64,000 bases of DNA, from the NCBI GenBank assembly GCA_965603825.1, contig CBFDEM010000020.1, forward strand, positions 620,001-684,000. The letters are read 5' to 3'. Source of the stretch: Blepharisma stoltei ATCC 30299. Taxonomy: Eukaryota > Protista > Ciliophora. A program made the translations under genes and the position numbers. Under the pieces are notes generated by a model, which saw nothing but the letters and a program-made list of their open reading frames with translations, did not search any database and was not told the DNA's origin. Positions 60,535 to 64,000 of this stretch are shown here, one piece after another; position 1 is the first letter of the stretch; each line of letters begins with the position of its first letter.

Positions 60535-60817
60535 TTTAATTTCTATAATAAATTAAATCTTTAATTAAAATCCAATAAGAAGCAAATAGCTAATAATTTT
60601 TAATTTAATTAATTCAGAAAATAGTAACTTTTTCTCATTTCAAAAGAATGTTGGTCAATAAATATACGCAGCTATTATTTTTTCAATTTTTTATAAGGAT
60701 CATCCTAATTTCGGCACAAATCTTGAGATAATGTTTTCATCTTTATCAATTTAGCTTATTTTCTTAATATCGCAAATATACCATTAAAGAAGCTATTATC
60801 AGAAATGCTATTAAATA

Positions 60818-61885
60818 ATGGTTACTGTTTATTATTATACTTCTTGGTATCCGGTTTTTATTTATACTGAAATAGATAATCGCTGGACCACTTTGCCGAT
60901 GAGTAAAATAGAGAGTAGATACCACTGAACACAGATAACTCTCCCTCAGCTCCAAGAATTTGTATTTACTGACGGTATGAATTATTGGGATAATCCCATT
61001 GATTCTCAAAACTACAAAGTTTCTGGAGCAGGTGTATATGCAGTGTTCCATGGACGAGTAATTCAAATAAATACTAAGCCGAGCCACTTATTACTAATTA
61101 CAGATCTTGATAACACTCTTGTAGGCTGGAACCGTGAAGCTAAAAACTCACTTAAAAAATTCAACAACTTTTGAATTTCAAATCATTATTTCAATGGATC
61201 CAAACTTGTTTATAATACAGGTCGAAGCTTTGACGGCTATATTGATTTATTTCAGCGTGGCTTCGAATTGCTTGATCCTGATTTGCTTATTGTTTCAGTT
61301 GGAAGCAATGCATATACTATCAATCCGAACAATGGCGAATATGTCAATAGAGAGGATTATAATAGCTTCATTCAAAAGGAAAACTGAGACTCATTTATTA
61401 TAAATAGGCTGCTTCTATACGAATTCAAATGATTAAAACTCCCAGGGTTTATTCATATTTTTCCTGGGAAAATTATCTTGAAATCGTCAGTAGAAGATAT
61501 GTCGGCAAACTTTTCAAGATTTAAGGAGTTTTTAAGAAATAAAGGAAATCATGAAAGATGTGAAAAAGTAATAAATGCAAGGGCTATTCTGTCAAGAGAT
61601 GGGGAAGACTATATGATTGATATTGTACCATTAGAAGGAGGGAAAAAATTAGGTGTACTGTTTGCTCAGGAAATGTTTGGGTTTAGAGATGAAGAAACTT
61701 TGGTAGCTGGGGATTCAGAAAATGACATCCAAATGTTTAGAGGAAATCATTGAGGAGTTTGCGTTGCCAACTCTCAAGGTGAGTTGGTGGCATGGCTTCA
61801 AAAGAAAAATAGATCTAACAAGTATAAATCGGAATGCCAATATGCAGATGCAATTATAGAAGCTGCACTTAAAATTACTAGCTAA
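60818..61885 (+). CDS. CBM25-like carbohydrate-binding module fused to sucrose-phosphatase-like HAD hydrolase
   Basis: N-terminal VTVYYYTSW...WT...EFVFTDG...WDN...NY; HAD motifs TDLDNTLV, YNTGRS and AGDSEND; five TGA=Trp. Confidence 0.8.
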
Positions 61886-61946
61886 TAATCAAGCTTTTCT
61901 TGATTAATATACTTATTAAATTCTTACTATCTAACTCAGCCTTAAT

Positions 61947-63896
61947 TTATTTATCTTTTCGACTACTGTCTAGATGTCTGTATAATAAATATATCAAAAT
62001 CAAAGTCAAAATCCCTAAGCTACACCACACAATTCCTTGATATAGCTCTAGCCTTCTAATATCATTTGAAGCAATGCCCCACACCACTAAATCACCGATA
62101 ATTTTCCCAAATAGCACTGCTTGTGTTGAAAGAAAGCCACTATCTGCTAATCCTTTTGATATTTTTTTAGGCAATTTTATAGAAATTAACGAATTTGAAA
62201 CTCCATCTGCCACATCAGTTGCTAAAAATATAATAATTGAACTTAGGGTAAACTGGAATTCTGAAATATCTCCAAAGTCCAGAAACAAGCCACTCCCTAC
62301 TATAACAGCAATTCCAGCAATAAATAAAAATTCTCTCTCACTAAATTTAACAGTCAAAACCCCAATGAAGCAGTGAGATATCATAGGAATTAGGCACAAA
62401 CTTGATATTAAAATCCCTAAATAGTTAAAAGAAAGCTCATTGTCCTTGAAAAATGGGAATTTGGTTATAGGAGCTGACGATATAAAGCCTTCCTGTATCA
62501 ATGATGCTACTATAAGCGTTCACACACAGAGACCTACAGCTCAATAGCTATGATTCCAGTGGTTTGAATTATTAAATCCATTAATGATCAGCTCTTTTGA
62601 GGTGTCTTCAAAAACAAATAGAAATATAATTAAATATAGAACCATTACACATGTCCAGATGATCGTCGAAAATATTTGTTCACCATACGATAATACAGAA
62701 AAATTAATGATGTCAAAAAATACAGCTAAAAGTGGGCCACTAGCCATGCCAATTGCAATGATTAATACAAGGCCTGCGCTTCATCTTGCTCGGTTTTCAT
62801 TAGATACATGCTCAGCCATGTACATTTTTGAGATTAAGCCTGAGCCGCCTATTCCTAATAAAAGACGGCCTAAAAATAATAGACTTCCAAGCTCAAAATG
62901 CAAGGCAAGTCCATTGGTGATATTACCTAGTAAAATTCAAAGTGCTGCAGTTCCTATAGGCAATTTATAGCTATATCTTGTCCATATCCCTGTAATCATA
63001 CCAAAAACCAATGATGCCATAGGCGTACAAGCATTTAGCAGCCCAACATAAGATTCTGCATAATCAAGCTCTTTAAGATAATATTTTGAAGTAATGCAAA
63101 GCATGCACACATTGCTGGAATATAAAAACACTAAAACTAATATCAATACTAAGTTTCTCATAGGCGAGCTCCTAGGTTCAATTATAACTGGGCCTTCAAT
63201 ATCATTACCCACTTGGTGATAAAGATACACAGCAAGAGGCTTATTGTTTTTCACTAATTATATAATACGCTTGTAATGCTTATTTTTAAAATCATCAATT
63301 GTGAGATCAAGAATTTCTAATTTGTCTTTTAAACTAGCACCCAATAAAGATTCTTGGTTTTTATGCTCAATTAAATTTTTGCATTTAGGGTAGTGGATAT
63401 TTTGCAAGTCATCAAGGATTTTTTGTAAAATATTTTCTGACAGGGCATTGCTGAATTTTTTGTTTATGTTATGTAGTCTATTTTGAATTATATCTCTTGC
63501 TCTTTTTTGGTATTTAAAAATATGTGATTCATATCTCTTAATAAGAACTCTTGTTGCCTGTAAGTTTAAAACCATAAATAAACAGATTTCCATTGACTCG
63601 TGAGCAAGCTTAATCAATGTTTCTAAATAAACATGGAGGTCCTCTGAGTGCCACTTTCTTAATGATTTTTTTTCTTCTTTTAAATTTAGCCTCATTTCTT
63701 CTAAAGAAACCAAGGTGTGAACATAAAAGCTAGTAAATCGATCGACTTCTTCTTCAAGCTTACTAAAAAATGGACTGTTTTCTTCTAAAGAGATTGAAAA
63801 CTCAAACCCACTTAATTCTGAAATTGCTGGTAAATCTAGATATTTGTTAAATCATTGTGGCCGCTTTGAGACTGCAAATTTTTCATCAAAATGCAT
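61947..63896 (-). CDS. SPX-MFS transporter (PHT5/VPT-like, degenerate SPX; 1 intron)
   Basis: MHFDEKF...PQW..KYL SPX-like start; many TM segments with GRLLLGIG; intron 63254-63268. Confidence 0.75.
63254..63268 (-). other. 15-nt intron
   Basis: GTATTATATAATTAG; removes an in-frame TAA. Confidence 0.85.
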
Positions 63897-64000
63897 GATT
63901 ATTATTAATGGTTTTTAGCAAATAGCAATGATACTAATTTCTAGGTTTTGTGAAAGATATTTTAAATTTTGTTCATTAAGCAAAGAAATAAATAGTAAAT

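Noticed and set aside
3885-63854. TGA as selenocysteine or cysteine
   Set aside because: TGA aligns with conserved Trp, not Cys, in many unrelated genes.
4749-63896. Fragmented ORFs read as mass pseudogenisation
   Set aside because: Breaks are TGA at Trp positions or 15-nt introns, and frames are preserved across them.
1-64000. CRISPR arrays, transposases, rRNA, tRNA, telomeric repeats, prokaryotic operons
   Set aside because: None recognised; gene content and introns are eukaryotic.

Overview
This is AT-rich, very gene-dense eukaryotic DNA: about 45 protein genes with intergenic gaps often only 15-100 nt. It does not use the standard genetic code. In-frame TGA falls at invariant Trp positions (MOK STR-W-YR, PKA GLD-W, WD40 HV-W-D, SPX PQ-W), while TAA and TAG end genes. 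All detected introns are 15 nt, GT...AG, with an A at position 10. This combination points to a heterotrich ciliate macronuclear chromosome, most likely Blepharisma (inference). Many ORFs in the supplied track are therefore fragments of longer genes, and they are rejoined below. The left end (1-4256) is a tandemly duplicated cluster of secreted Cys-rich lysozyme-fold genes: one intact copy, one start-less copy, one paralog lacking both catalytic acids, and one truncated copy. The rest holds housekeeping genes (HSP70 with heat-shock elements, PKA, NDK, RPA3, FIP1, PP2C, ArfGAP, CEPT, ATX1, Erv1, RBR E3, SPX-MFS). It also holds many basal-body/cilium candidates (STIL-like, Moonraker-like, CC2D2A/CEP76-like, IQCH, MOK, ODA-docking-like), a plasmepsin V-like protease, a CBM25-HAD phosphatase fusion, and a GC-rich five-hairpin intergenic island that may be an unannotated ncRNA. 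Family calls come from motif recognition by eye; no database search was run.
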